Made by a program: the position numbers and the translations under genes. Positions 54,676-64,000 of a stretch of 64,000 bases of DNA are shown here, piece after piece. The first letter of the stretch is position 1, and each line of letters starts with the position of its first letter. The notes below the pieces were generated by a model, which was given only the letters and a program-made list of their open reading frames with translations, did no database searches and had not been told where the DNA came from. This stretch comes from a virus (lineage: Duplodnaviria; Heunggongvirae; Uroviricota; Caudoviricetes), in IMG/VR virus record IMGVR_UViG_3300017963_002532, positions 1 through 64,000 of that record; one strand, given 5' to 3'.

Positions 54676-54987
54676 ATGCTTTTACTACAGATGAGCGACC
54701 CAGCACTTTGGGAGCGAGCACTAGGTATCCTGCTCGAACAAGGTGTTCTGGGGGCTATGTGCGTCATCCTATTAGTCTTGTGGATTAAGGAAAGACGCGA
54801 TAGCACCACGATGGCAAAATCGTTCAACCGCCAACTAAAGGACGTTAATGAACGACGCGCAGAAGAAGTACGCCTTACATCAGAAGCATTGACGGCAGCA
54901 TCAGATAGTAACCATATGTTGGCTCATACTATCGAGCGTCTTCACGACTTCCTGATTAAGAAGAGGACTAGTGGAAAGAATGTTTAG
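54676..54987 (+). CDS. small membrane protein (103 aa), holin-like topology
   Basis: single TM GVLGAMCVILLVLWI with charged C-terminus. Confidence 0.4.
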   Translation: MLLLQMSDPALWERALGILLEQGVLGAMCVILLVLWIKERRDSTTMAKSFNRQLKDVNERRAEEVRLTSEALTAASDSNHMLAHTIERLHDFLIKKRTSGKNV

Positions 54988-55174
54988 TAAGAAGATGAAA
55001 ATCAGCAACGAGCCTTGCGCCTCACTATCCAAGAAAGTGAAGAGGCTGAACGGCAAGTCTGCTGAACGCCTACGCGAAAGCATCCAGGCTTTAGACGAGG
55101 CGCTAGAGAAGGAAGAGTCCGAGGAGGAAGGGTCCGAAAAGACCGACGAAGACGAGTAAACGAAGGGGTATTGA

Positions 55175-55699
55175 ATGAGTCGCAAGCGCCGTAGTCATCC
55201 GAAACTCAAGGCTTTGTATAAGCAGATCATCAAGCACGAGATGTTTGACGATGTTCGGGACTACGATATTACGCTAGTGTTCTCATCTGTACAACTTGGG
55301 GATGACGCGTGGGCAGATTGCGGAATGGATGGCTCCGAGACTGCATGGAAGATTCGGATTAACGCCTCCGTGAAGCTGCTCGACGCCCCACCCTCCGTGC
55401 TACATTACCTAGTAGCGCATGAACTCATCCACACACTGCCCGGCTGCTGGCAGCACAACGAGAAATTCAACACCCTTGAGCATGAACTCACGGGAGAGAA
55501 TTTCTATGAAGCCAACGTCTGGCTTAAGAGACACGTTCATATACTGAATAGAACATATCAGTATAGGAAGAGAGAATGGTTGGTGCGACAGGTGGCAGAC
55601 CAACTGCGCATTAAAGACATGGCAGCCATCTGTGGCTGTTCAGAGACAACCATTAAGAGATGGCTGCGTAAGTATGACCTGGAGATTACCTATAACTAG
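55175..55699 (+). CDS. SprT/WLM-like zinc metallopeptidase with C-terminal HTH (174 aa)
   Basis: HELIHT motif; C-terminal ICGCSETTIKRWLRKY. Confidence 0.55.
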   Translation: MSRKRRSHPKLKALYKQIIKHEMFDDVRDYDITLVFSSVQLGDDAWADCGMDGSETAWKIRINASVKLLDAPPSVLHYLVAHELIHTLPGCWQHNEKFNTLEHELTGENFYEANVWLKRHVHILNRTYQYRKREWLVRQVADQLRIKDMAAICGCSETTIKRWLRKYDLEITYN

Positions 55700-56733
55700 C
55701 TCGGGTTATGCTGTGCGTTGTCTACCATAGCGATCATCATATCCTCGAAGGTCCATTCCGGTTCCCATCCAAGAACCTTCTTCGCCTTCCCGGCGTTACC
55801 AATGAGACAATCAACCTCAGTCGGACGATAGAACTCGGGGTTGATTTGAACAACAACGTTGTCGTCCTCATCACACCCTATCTCACTCGCACCCTCGCCA
55901 ACCCAGCGAAGGTCCACGCCAACATACCGATAGCAAATCTCAATCATCTCGCGGACACTGTGTGTCTTGCCAGTAGCGAGAACGTAATCATCCGGCTGAT
56001 CCTGCTGGAGCATCAACCACATACCCTTCACGTAATCGCGGGCGTCGCCCCAATCACGCTTGGCGTCCATATTACCCACCTTGAGGGTCGGTGAATTTAG
56101 CCGGTTCGCCGGAGACTTCCCCAGCCATGCGCCGTACTTCGCCGCCGCAGTAGCGACCTTCTGTGTCACGAACTCGATGCCGCGCCTGGGGCTCTCGTGG
56201 TTGAAGAGGATGCCGTTGCTCGCGTGCAGTCCATAGCCATCCCGGGCATTGCGTACGTGCCAGTACGCCGCCAGCTTCGCCTCACCATAGGGTGAGCGCG
56301 GATGAAAGACACTCTCCTCAGTATAGCCGCCCTGGGGACACGCCACGCCGCCATACATCTCGCTCGTCGATGCCTGATAGAACCGAGAGTGTGGAGAGAA
56401 GCGGCGGATAGCTTGAACGAGATTGATCACGCCGATACAGTTGGTTAGATGAGTCTGGATGGGATTTTCAAAGCTGTATTTGACGAAACTCATTGCGCCC
56501 AGGTTATAGATCTCGTCATACTGTCCGTCCTTGACAATGCCAGAGATCTTGGTGCCGTCTTCTAAGTCTCCCTCTACGAACGTCACACCATTCTGAAGCA
56601 TCCATAGGTTCCGTGTATTCGGCACAGACACGCGACGAACCAAGCCGTGAACCTCATACCCTTTGATGAGTAGCTCCTCGGCGAGATAGCTTCCATCCTG
56701 CCCTGTGATTCCTGTTACTAGCGCCTTCTTCAT
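55696..56733 (-). CDS. gmd: GDP-mannose 4,6-dehydratase (345 aa)
   Basis: N-terminus MKKALVTGITGQDGSYLAEELLIKGYEVHGLVRR; catalytic SxxxE...YxxxK contexts. Confidence 0.85.
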   Translation of the reverse strand: MKKALVTGITGQDGSYLAEELLIKGYEVHGLVRRVSVPNTRNLWMLQNGVTFVEGDLEDGTKISGIVKDGQYDEIYNLGAMSFVKYSFENPIQTHLTNCIGVINLVQAIRRFSPHSRFYQASTSEMYGGVACPQGGYTEESVFHPRSPYGEAKLAAYWHVRNARDGYGLHASNGILFNHESPRRGIEFVTQKVATAAAKYGAWLGKSPANRLNSPTLKVGNMDAKRDWGDARDYVKGMWLMLQQDQPDDYVLATGKTHSVREMIEICYRYVGVDLRWVGEGASEIGCDEDDNVVVQINPEFYRPTEVDCLIGNAGKAKKVLGWEPEWTFEDMMIAMVDNAQHNPS

Positions 56734-56772
56734 GATCAGTCTCCAAAGCCGGGGCGGATGCCCCGGCGTCCT

Positions 56773-57270
56773 TTAGCCTACGAAACCTAGAAGTGAGAAT
56801 GCGACGTGGCTCACGCTACTGATATCGTCTTGATTATAGATCCTGATCTTTTCTCCTGCACGTAATTTGATATACGTGCCACAAGCCTCCTGGAAGTCCA
56901 GCACCAACTGAAACCAGTCAGCATCGGACACGTCGCGCTCGATTTGGAAGCCCTTCTCCACGAAGTCGCTGTAGTTGCGGAGAGTTGTCTCTCCAATAAG
57001 CGACGCCTCGCCCCCGGCTGTGATCTTAACGATCTTAAAGCCGTTAGTGAGAGAAATACCCGCGAAGCCATTCATACTGAACGCTGCCGCGTGGTCGTGG
57101 TTAGAAAGAACGAGACGCTTGACCAAGACCGTCCTGGTCGCCACGTACTCAACAAAGCCCGGCTCCTCAACGGAACCGACGCCGCCCTTTACGTCGTCCA
57201 ACTTCTGAGTAGGACTAGTCGCACCATCACCCACGAGTTCCGCCATCAGCGGGACCTTAGTAAGAGCCAT
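56773..57270 (-). CDS. hypothetical protein (165 aa)
   Basis: ATG 57268-57270 with AGGGAGGG RBS. Confidence 0.5.
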   Translation of the reverse strand: MALTKVPLMAELVGDGATSPTQKLDDVKGGVGSVEEPGFVEYVATRTVLVKRLVLSNHDHAAAFSMNGFAGISLTNGFKIVKITAGGEASLIGETTLRNYSDFVEKGFQIERDVSDADWFQLVLDFQEACGTYIKLRAGEKIRIYNQDDISSVSHVAFSLLGFVG

Positions 57271-57328
57271 AATTCCCTCCCTGCGATTAAAAACAAACAC
57301 GCCATGTCACAACGACGTTGTGACCCAT

Positions 57329-58372
57329 CTACGATCTTGTATAATGAACGATCAACCTATTATGCCCACTACAATTAGTGCGACCGGGGTATGTGGCTTT
57401 CGTGTATCCCCTACTCGTGGCTACTGCGTCGAGGTATAGAAAGTCCTGCTCGTTTGTCTCGACGATGACGTGGGAGGGGTCCCTCTCCCACAACCTTAGA
57501 GCCGCATCTCGCTTGTCACTCAGCCCGTAGAACATATTCAAACAGAGTACGATGTCCGGCTTCTCCGAGGTCTGATAGCTCATAATGTCTCCCGCCTTCA
57601 CGGAGATATTAGACAACCCCATGTAGTTTGCCATCCATCGGATACCCTTACATGCATCCTGGCTTTGCTCGACCAACTCCACGTGCTTTGCAAAGCGGGC
57701 GTAGTGATGAAGGGCAGCATAAGCCATGTGAGGTCCATACTCCAAGACGTTGGCTCCAGTCCAATCTACCAAGCCCTTGATTCGGCTTAGAGTGAGTATA
57801 GCACGCTCGTATCCTGGTCTCTCGACATCCCCGACCTTGACCGGCGAATACTTCACATCACAGTTGAGTGTATCCACTCGGTCTACCAACCACTGCTCCA
57901 TCTCAGTTTTCCAGGGATCGCCCAGGTATGTAAAGAACGCATGAGGGCTCATAGTGGTAAAGGCGCCTGCGTCACCGCCGACCATGAAGTATGGGTTGTG
58001 ATCAGCAAGAGTCTGGTAGAATGTTACCATGCTATTGCATTGACCCTCATGAGAGCAGCCATATATATTCGCCGGGCTGATGCGAGACTTGATGATATCG
58101 AACTTGGTGTATGCAAACACCGGCTGAGTCCCGGGGAAGCGTTCGTGCAGTCGTTCCACCACCAAGTACATCATGCCATCAATGATCACGTCGCCATGTT
58201 CATCCAGGGCTTGCTGAATCTTGGTAGCAAACTCCTCCCACTGATCGTCCGCTGTTCGGCTATAGTCCCACAGCTTATCAAATGACAAGTAGCTCGGTCC
58301 ACCGCCCTGGGTGCAACGCATACTGTAGGTGGTCTTACCTGCGCGGGACATTCCCATAAGATATGTTAGCAT
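57329..58372 (-). CDS. P-loop (kinase-like) protein fused to a possible methyltransferase-like C-terminal domain (347 aa)
   Basis: Walker A GMSRAGKTT near the N-terminus; start 2 nt after thyA stop. Confidence 0.45.
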   Translation of the reverse strand: MLTYLMGMSRAGKTTYSMRCTQGGGPSYLSFDKLWDYSRTADDQWEEFATKIQQALDEHGDVIIDGMMYLVVERLHERFPGTQPVFAYTKFDIIKSRISPANIYGCSHEGQCNSMVTFYQTLADHNPYFMVGGDAGAFTTMSPHAFFTYLGDPWKTEMEQWLVDRVDTLNCDVKYSPVKVGDVERPGYERAILTLSRIKGLVDWTGANVLEYGPHMAYAALHHYARFAKHVELVEQSQDACKGIRWMANYMGLSNISVKAGDIMSYQTSEKPDIVLCLNMFYGLSDKRDAALRLWERDPSHVIVETNEQDFLYLDAVATSRGYTKATYPGRTNCSGHNRLIVHYTRS

Positions 58373-58373
58373 G

Positions 58374-59204
58374 TTACACCGCCACCGGGGCTTTGATGTG
58401 TGGATGAGGGTCGTAGCCTGACAGGGTAAAGTCGTCAAACCTAAAATCGTCAATCGACTCAATCCTTCTGTTCTCATGCCCCACCTGACGACCGATGTGC
58501 ATGTGCGGGAGAGGTTTTGGCTCGCGGTTAAGCTGAGTCATGACCTGCTCGAAGTGGTTCTTGTAGATGTGAACGTCACCGAATGTGTGAATAAACTCGC
58601 CGTATTCCAGCCCCGTCACGTGGGCAACCATCATAGTCAGCAGCGCGTAGGACGCGATGTTGAAGGGAACCCCCAGGAAGACGTCACAGCTACGCTGATA
58701 CAGTTGGCAGGACAACTTGCCGTCGGCGACGTAGAATTGAAAGAGGCAGTGGCATGGAGGCAGCGCCATGTGCTCAATCTGAGCGACATTCCATGCGCTC
58801 ACAATCATACGTCGGTCGTTCGGGTTGTTCTTGATCTGGTGGATTACGGTCTCAATCTGGTCAAAGTACTCGCGGGCGTTGTCCTTCAGTCGCCGGTTCT
58901 CCCACGATCTCCACTGAGCGCCGTAGACGGGACCCAGCTCGCCGTGCTCATCAGCCCATTCGTTCCAGATCTTGACGCCATTGTCGTTCAGATACTTGAC
59001 ATTAGTGTCGCCGCGCAGGAACCACAGCAACTCGTAGATGATGCTCTTCAGGTGTAGCTTCTTTGTGGTTAAGAGGGGGAAGCCTTCCGCAAGATCGAAG
59101 CGAAGCTGACGCCCGAATACACTTCGCGTGCCAGTGCCCGTGCGATCTCCCTTATCCACGCCATTCTTGACGATATCTTCCAGTAGGTCTAAGTACTGTC
59201 TCAT
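58374..59204 (-). CDS. thyA: thymidylate synthase ThyA (276 aa)
   Basis: [16 protein letters not shown], and C-terminal [12 protein letters not shown]-like signatures. Confidence 0.9.
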   Translation of the reverse strand: MRQYLDLLEDIVKNGVDKGDRTGTGTRSVFGRQLRFDLAEGFPLLTTKKLHLKSIIYELLWFLRGDTNVKYLNDNGVKIWNEWADEHGELGPVYGAQWRSWENRRLKDNAREYFDQIETVIHQIKNNPNDRRMIVSAWNVAQIEHMALPPCHCLFQFYVADGKLSCQLYQRSCDVFLGVPFNIASYALLTMMVAHVTGLEYGEFIHTFGDVHIYKNHFEQVMTQLNREPKPLPHMHIGRQVGHENRRIESIDDFRFDDFTLSGYDPHPHIKAPVAV

Positions 59205-59956
59205 TATTGAAATACTCCCACTCCGTTCTTAACCATCGTAGAGTTGATGATCGGGATGCGCGACTTCATACCGTAGTCGATCTCATAGCCCGCCGTGACG
59301 AGGGGGTAAAGCTTCTCCTCGCCCACCTGACGAAATGAAGGACGCGTCCAGTCGTAAATATTGTGCCACTTCTCCTGAATCCAGTGATGGTTGTTGACAC
59401 AGTGCCACTTATGGGTGGTGGTCGGACGATTATGGATTAGCTGTTCATTCCTGCTGTAATCCACCCTGTGTTTCAGCTTGGACTCTGCCACTCGAAGCTG
59501 CCAGTCGTTGTCTTCGTAGTAGCCGCCCCGGAATCGCTCGTCGAACCACCCGATGTGCAGCACCATACTCTTGTGAACGCAGAACGCACAAAACGACATC
59601 ATCATTACCTGGAGCCACTTGCCAGATTCCGTCTGCTCCTTCAGATACTCATACCACCCTGGCTGGAACTTAATATCGTCTGATGCGATCAGCACCCAAT
59701 CGGACCGGGTGCTGAGTATGCATTGATTCCATAATTGGGTGAGGGAGGACTTATCCTGGTTGATGATCTGTCTATCGTAAGGGCGTAGTAGGCTCGCCAC
59801 CACGTCCATGCTCTCTTGCCCGAGTTCCTCTGGCGGGTCGTCGTGAATCACGTGAATAGGCACGTGCGCACCCGGGGGTAGAGTACCAAATAGTGACTCT
59901 AATGTATTCCGGACCTCGCGTGGTCTATTGCGAGTGGGGAATGCTATCTCAATCAC
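59204..59956 (-). CDS. glycosyltransferase, GT-A fold (250 aa)
   Basis: FPTRNRP N-terminal motif; DD/ED motifs ASDDIKF and YYEDND. Confidence 0.55.
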   Translation of the reverse strand: MIEIAFPTRNRPREVRNTLESLFGTLPPGAHVPIHVIHDDPPEELGQESMDVVASLLRPYDRQIINQDKSSLTQLWNQCILSTRSDWVLIASDDIKFQPGWYEYLKEQTESGKWLQVMMMSFCAFCVHKSMVLHIGWFDERFRGGYYEDNDWQLRVAESKLKHRVDYSRNEQLIHNRPTTTHKWHCVNNHHWIQEKWHNIYDWTRPSFRQVGEEKLYPLVTAGYEIDYGMKSRIPIINSTMVKNGVGVFQ

Positions 59957-60525
59957 AGTGTAATTTCCTCTACCAAGCCTAAGAGAAGCTTGCGGTTCTG
60001 GTTAAGATAGTCGTATGTGAGGGGACGAAGCCTGATGTGCTGCTCGTCTGGAGCGAGTTGCGTCGTATCAAGGATACCCACCCCATAGTCGCTGTCGTAA
60101 CAGAACATCAGAAACGAGGACACCACCCGGTGTTGCACGAAAGCACGCCACGCAGTCCAGCAGTGCTCCGGACCCTCATACTGTGCGTGCGGCGGGCTAC
60201 AGTCATGACAGAGGATCACGCCACCGTCGTTCAGACACTTGAGGGCGTTACAGATATCCCTATGCACGAAGCTGTGTTCATGACACGCGTCGATAAAGAT
60301 TACGTCAAACGTCTCCTCATTCTGTGCGAAGAACTCATCTGTCGTCATCTTATAAGTCTGCTTGAACGGATAGTCGCCGCTATCAACGCCGACCTTCTTC
60401 TCGCATACCACCTGGGTATGGTTCTCACCCAAGAGAGTTCCCAACTCTAGGAAACTTTTGTAGCCGCGCTCACGGATGTAGAAGTTGATCAAATCTGTGC
60501 GCGTCACTGGACCGCTAATAGTACC
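59953..60525 (-). CDS. class I SAM-dependent methyltransferase (190 aa)
   Basis: FLELGTLLGENH (motif I), FDVIFIDACHEH, GGVILCHD. Confidence 0.6.
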   Translation of the reverse strand, partial: GTISGPVTRTDLINFYIRERGYKSFLELGTLLGENHTQVVCEKKVGVDSGDYPFKQTYKMTTDEFFAQNEETFDVIFIDACHEHSFVHRDICNALKCLNDGGVILCHDCSPPHAQYEGPEHCWTAWRAFVQHRVVSSFLMFCYDSDYGVGILDTTQLAPDEQHIRLRPLTYDYLNQNRKLLLGLVEEITL

Positions 60526-60529
60526 CATA

Positions 60530-60736
60530 TTACAGCTTCTTTGACGCCTTAACAACTTGTGCTTCCCAGCCACGACGACGCCGGAGGATGCGCTTCACGG
60601 CGTAAAAATTACCCTTGAACTCTACGTACGCGCCGTTGACTAACAAAAGCGACTCAATAAGACCGAAAGAAGACGTCCCCACCTTCTCCTTAGATACAAG
60701 ATCAACAAACGTGACCTTCAGGGTTGAACTAAACAC
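60530..60736 (-). CDS. small hypothetical protein (68 aa)
   Basis: clean ORF. Confidence 0.4.
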   Translation of the reverse strand: MFSSTLKVTFVDLVSKEKVGTSSFGLIESLLLVNGAYVEFKGNFYAVKRILRRRRGWEAQVVKASKKL

Positions 60737-60923
60737 GCCACATCACTCCTTCCTCGTCGTCCTCGTAGTCAATACGGAAGGGTTCCTCCGCGCCCACGTC
60801 GAACGATGCATAGAAGTAACCCTCGCCCACCTTGTCAACCGTGCCGGTCTGACCGTCGGTGAGGGTAACCGCCCCGTAGTTCTGTTTACCAATCACAACA
60901 ATTGTCTGTCCTACTTCTACCAT
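60729..60923 (-). CDS. small hypothetical protein (64 aa)
   Basis: clean ORF. Confidence 0.4.
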   Translation of the reverse strand: MVEVGQTIVVIGKQNYGAVTLTDGQTGTVDKVGEGYFYASFDVGAEEPFRIDYEDDEEGVMWRV

Positions 60924-61168
60924 ACGTCACCACACCCCCGGATCTTTTCATCCTCATACTCGGCGAGAATCCTGCGGCGAATTTCCTCAGCCGCCTCGGT
61001 TAACTCGCCCAGGAAGTTCTTGTAGTTGTTATAGGAGGGCTTCACCCAGCGGCGACACAACGCGAATAATACATAATTCAGGTCCCCATTGAACTCAAGC
61101 TCTCCACCTAACTCGTCGATCAGCCCGTCTAGCTCTCTTCTGCGTTCTTTAGGAATATATGGACTCAC
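60917..61168 (-). CDS. small hypothetical protein (83 aa)
   Basis: clean ORF. Confidence 0.45.
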   Translation of the reverse strand: MSPYIPKERRRELDGLIDELGGELEFNGDLNYVLFALCRRWVKPSYNNYKNFLGELTEAAEEIRRRILAEYEDEKIRGCGDVW

Positions 61169-61407
61169 GTCACCTTCTCCACTAATAGCTTCTTCGGTAC
61201 AACATAGATGACAAAATCCTGTTGGTTAGTGCGGTAATCATAATTAACCGATGACACTTGATATCGCTCGGCGGGATCGCCCGGCAGAATCACATAGTCT
61301 CCGCGCTGAGGGACCTCTTGCAAAGTCTTCACGCCAAGACTTTTCAGATTCTTCATGTCAAAAAACTCAACCTTACTTCCCATGATACTATTCCTTCGCG
61401 TTCTCAA
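61165..61407 (-). CDS. small hypothetical protein (80 aa)
   Basis: clean ORF. Confidence 0.45.
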   Translation of the reverse strand: MRTRRNSIMGSKVEFFDMKNLKSLGVKTLQEVPQRGDYVILPGDPAERYQVSSVNYDYRTNQQDFVIYVVPKKLLVEKVT

Positions 61408-61873
61408 ATAGGTCTACCGTGTTCTTGAGAATTGCCACCAGCGCCGGTGGTAGTTTGAACCGCTTTGCCGCCGCCTCAATAGACTTAAGCAAGTTGCCGT
61501 CGTGCTGACGCTCAGACGACGCCTTCCAGTCACAGAACATTTCAATTAGGTCAACGAGGTTCATCCCCTCGATACCGTTCGGGAAGTGCTCCGGATGGTG
61601 GCGGTTCTTTGCGTAGTGATGGTCAAGCGCAGGCGCGAGTTTCTCCAGACTCTCCTTGTATTCTTTCGACTCAAACTTCAGCTTCGCCAGCAGCGGCGCA
61701 ACCTCAGCAAAGACTTCAATTTCCGGGGAGTCAAGCTTGGACATATCATGTTCATATGCCCTCCGCTCAAGGGCGTCAATGATCATAGCCATATAGGCAC
61801 GCACAACATTGATATGCTTGCGCGTATCACGCCTACATTCAGCGACCTTGTCACTCTGAGACTTACTAGCCAT
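61388..61873 (-). CDS. HD-domain-like phosphohydrolase (161 aa)
   Basis: H...HD...H...D pattern (HINVV, HDMSKL, DHHYAKNRHHPEHF, DWK). Confidence 0.45.
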   Translation of the reverse strand: MASKSQSDKVAECRRDTRKHINVVRAYMAMIIDALERRAYEHDMSKLDSPEIEVFAEVAPLLAKLKFESKEYKESLEKLAPALDHHYAKNRHHPEHFPNGIEGMNLVDLIEMFCDWKASSERQHDGNLLKSIEAAAKRFKLPPALVAILKNTVDLFENAKE

Positions 61874-61875
61874 AA

Positions 61876-62049
61876 CTATCCAATCCTACAAGCTCGGTAG
61901 CTACCTAGTTTCTGCATCCACCGCTTCAGGTTCGCCGCCGGTTGTCCGACAAACTTCCGAGCGATGGGGGCAGCCTCGGTAATAATGTGGTCATCGTCAA
62001 CAGTCACACAGATTGTGAACTTACTACAAGACAGCCACCAAGTAGACAT
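61876..62049 (-). CDS. possible small protein (57 aa)
   Basis: ATG overlaps stop of the GMP reductase gene (TAATG); not in ORF table (<60 aa). Confidence 0.3.
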   Translation of the reverse strand: MSTWWLSCSKFTICVTVDDDHIITEAAPIARKFVGQPAANLKRWMQKLGSYRACRIG

Positions 62050-63146
62050 TACCCCTCGCGGTCGAGTAGGTGAGGCGTGTTCTCTCCATAGCCGAGAGGC
62101 GTCACACGCACGAAACGATGAACTGAGTTCCGGCGCAACTCACGCAGAGTCCTGGCGTCCATATATGCACAACCAGACTGGATGCCGTTACACAGCTTCT
62201 TAACAATAGGCTTCACCGATCCCTTACAAGGAACCAGCTTGACCTCTCCTTCTTCGTGATAGTCTTCATCCTTCTGACCACCCTTCCAATCTTTTTGGGC
62301 GTCCACAGATGCCATACCACGATATTTCTTGAACTTGCCGTCGATGGTGCCACCAGGAGCCTCGTCGCAGCCAGCGAACAGAGAGCCGATCATCACCGCG
62401 TCTGCGCCCGCAGCAAGAGCCTTTACGATATCCCCGCTGTGGCGGATACCGCCGTCTGCAATGATCGATCCGCGCTGACGATCCCCGAATCGATGGTCGA
62501 GATTGAAGCGATCCACAGCCGCCTTTGCGCTCATAACAGCAGAAAGCTGGGGCACTCCCACGCCCGCCATCATCCGCGTTGAGCACAGGCTCCCGGGACC
62601 TACCCCAACCTTCACCACGTCCGCTCCCCACTCCAGGAGAGCCAGCGTAGCCTCGTATGTGGACGTATTACCCGCAATGACTGTTACATAGTCGTATCCG
62701 CAGATTCGGATCTCTTCTCTCAGACCCTCCAGGGTCTCTTGCATTGCCTGGCAGAATCCATGCGCGATATCGACACAGATCACGTCCGCGCCCGCCTGGA
62801 CATACTCCCGCGCACGCTTCACGGCGGACTCGTTGACGCCGATAGACGCCGCCACGTGCTGCGGCGGGGGTCGTGTGTCGCCCCGGCGCAGCGTCTCGAT
62901 GCTGTGAATCACGTCGTCTGGATTCATGAACCGGTGCAAGATTCCCATCCCACCCATCTCGTCCATTGCTAGGACCATAGGGTATCCGGTGACGGTATCC
63001 ATATTGGCGGATACGATTGGGATTCTAAGAGCCTTGTTACCTAACTCAGTGTCCAGAGAGACGTCACTCCTAGATCTAATGGTAGAGAATCGCGGCTTCA
63101 GTAGAACGTCGTCATACGTTAACTTATGTACGATATTGCGATCCAT
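62049..63146 (-). CDS. guaC: GMP reductase / IMPDH-family TIM-barrel enzyme (365 aa)
   Basis: [22 protein letters not shown] (catalytic Cys loop), GGIRHSGD. Confidence 0.75.
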   Translation of the reverse strand: MDRNIVHKLTYDDVLLKPRFSTIRSRSDVSLDTELGNKALRIPIVSANMDTVTGYPMVLAMDEMGGMGILHRFMNPDDVIHSIETLRRGDTRPPPQHVAASIGVNESAVKRAREYVQAGADVICVDIAHGFCQAMQETLEGLREEIRICGYDYVTVIAGNTSTYEATLALLEWGADVVKVGVGPGSLCSTRMMAGVGVPQLSAVMSAKAAVDRFNLDHRFGDRQRGSIIADGGIRHSGDIVKALAAGADAVMIGSLFAGCDEAPGGTIDGKFKKYRGMASVDAQKDWKGGQKDEDYHEEGEVKLVPCKGSVKPIVKKLCNGIQSGCAYMDARTLRELRRNSVHRFVRVTPLGYGENTPHLLDREG

Positions 63147-63148
63147 TA

Positions 63149-63838
63149 CTACGCTTTCTTACCATAGATCTGACGGGCAAAGCAGTGAGCACGGAAGGGT
63201 GCTTGGTCCCACGTCTCAAGGATCTTAAGCCCGGTGTCCTTGAACAGAGCCTCATACCCATCTTCCGAATATAGCTGGACCGTGCGATCATCATGAAGGG
63301 TGTTGTTTCCAAGCCCCATATTGATGTGAATCACGAACCTACCATCCGGCTTTAGAATACGCGGCAACTCTTTCAAGTATGCCCGCGCCTGATACTGCGC
63401 GATGTGAATGAACACGCCAGTACTAAAGACGAGGTCAAAATCCCTGTCACGCAGGCAGTCGAGGGTTCCATTCTGCGCTTGCAACATGAACATATTCTTG
63501 ATGCCCGCCTCACGGATCGCGGCATTCCCCTTGTCCACGATCACCTTGGAGATATCGACTCCCACATACGTCCTGACGTGGGGTGCGAGATACGCGCCGA
63601 AGTCTCCATAGCCAGCGCCCAGGTCTAGGATGCTCCACGCCTTCCCCTTCTTGCGCAGATCAAGGAAGCGACCGTCCAGACCGGTCGGCGTCAAGCCAAG
63701 GCGTAGTTGTGCCTCCTCGTCGTCGTAGTGACGACGTAGCTCACCACCGTAATCGACGCCACACGGAAAGTATGTGTCGTCGCTATGCTTCTCGTCCCAA
63801 AACTTCTCGTCACGATCTCGCCGATCCATCGCGCTCAC
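63149..63838 (-). CDS. class I SAM-dependent methyltransferase (229 aa)
   Basis: ILDLGAGYGDFGAYLA motif I; VGVDIS motif II. Confidence 0.65.
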   Translation of the reverse strand: MSAMDRRDRDEKFWDEKHSDDTYFPCGVDYGGELRRHYDDEEAQLRLGLTPTGLDGRFLDLRKKGKAWSILDLGAGYGDFGAYLAPHVRTYVGVDISKVIVDKGNAAIREAGIKNMFMLQAQNGTLDCLRDRDFDLVFSTGVFIHIAQYQARAYLKELPRILKPDGRFVIHINMGLGNNTLHDDRTVQLYSEDGYEALFKDTGLKILETWDQAPFRAHCFARQIYGKKA

Positions 63839-64000
63839 CTTTCATAATCACACGCACCAACTCAGCCGTCGCACGGGCGTCTTCAATCGCACAGTGCGCC
63901 TTCTTGTTGTCAATCCCGTAGGTCTTGAGCGCAGCCTTCAGCGTCACGTGAGCCGAATGATTTGCGAACCAGTTCTTCGAGATGTAGACAGCCATCATGT
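63810..64000 (-). CDS. DnaQ-like 3'-5' exonuclease, C-terminal part only (gene continues past window end)
   Basis: Exo III motif HCAIEDARATAELV. Confidence 0.5.
   Translation of the reverse strand, partial: MMAVYISKNWFANHSAHVTLKAALKTYGIDNKKAHCAIEDARATAELVRVIMKGERDGSARS

Noticed and set aside
1-64000. CRISPR arrays, integrase/transposase, canonical rRNA/tRNA genes
   Set aside because: No regularly spaced direct repeats with unique spacers, no tyrosine/serine recombinase signatures and no rRNA-like conserved blocks were seen on either strand.

Overview
This 64-kb window looks like a segment of a large, fairly GC-rich tailed phage or prophage genome, although no capsid, terminase or portal genes are recognisable in it. 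Coding density is very high and many neighbouring genes overlap at ATGA/TAATG junctions. Transcription is organised in three blocks: minus-strand genes from 1 to about 17.5 kb (many small genes), a divergent promoter region at about 17.55-17.80 kb, a long plus-strand block from 17.8 to 55.7 kb, and a convergent minus-strand block from 55.7 kb to the end. A conserved 11-12 nt promoter-like motif GAGTTATAA(T/C)(A/T) occurs about 14 times just upstream of operon starts on both strands, and two sigma-70-family-like small proteins are encoded (2449-2937, 27744-28298). A second leader class, TATAAT-N2-3-GGGGTGAAAGGAAAG, sits about 20 nt before the ATG of the five leftmost genes. Recognisable functions are: AAA+ MoxR-like ATPase plus VWA/metallopeptidase-like protein; three different RNA ligases (DRB0094-type, T4 Rnl1-like, RtcB); an ATP-dependent DNA ligase; a family-4 UDG-like protein; a RuvB-like ATPase; four HNH endonucleases (one an HNH-AP2 homing type in a low-GC island); nucleotide and sugar metabolism genes (thyA, GMP reductase, dCMP deaminase-like, GDP-mannose dehydratase, glycosyltransferase, several SAM methyltransferases); peptide deformylase, methionine aminopeptidase and PhoH; two radical-SAM proteins; a secreted trypsin-like protease; an SPFH/band-7 lipoprotein; and many small membrane, zinc-ribbon and lipoprotein genes. 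Items that deserve a second look are two tRNA-like elements without a foldable anticodon arm (one with an encoded CCA), a protein carrying a ribosomal L7/L12 C-terminal domain, a tandem array of zinc-ribbon-headed paralogs, duplicated small-gene cassettes with conserved leaders, conserved intergenic sequence blocks, and an iteron-like repeat region at 52.1-52.5 kb. No CRISPR array, integrase or transposase was seen. All function calls rest on motif recognition by eye, not on database searches.
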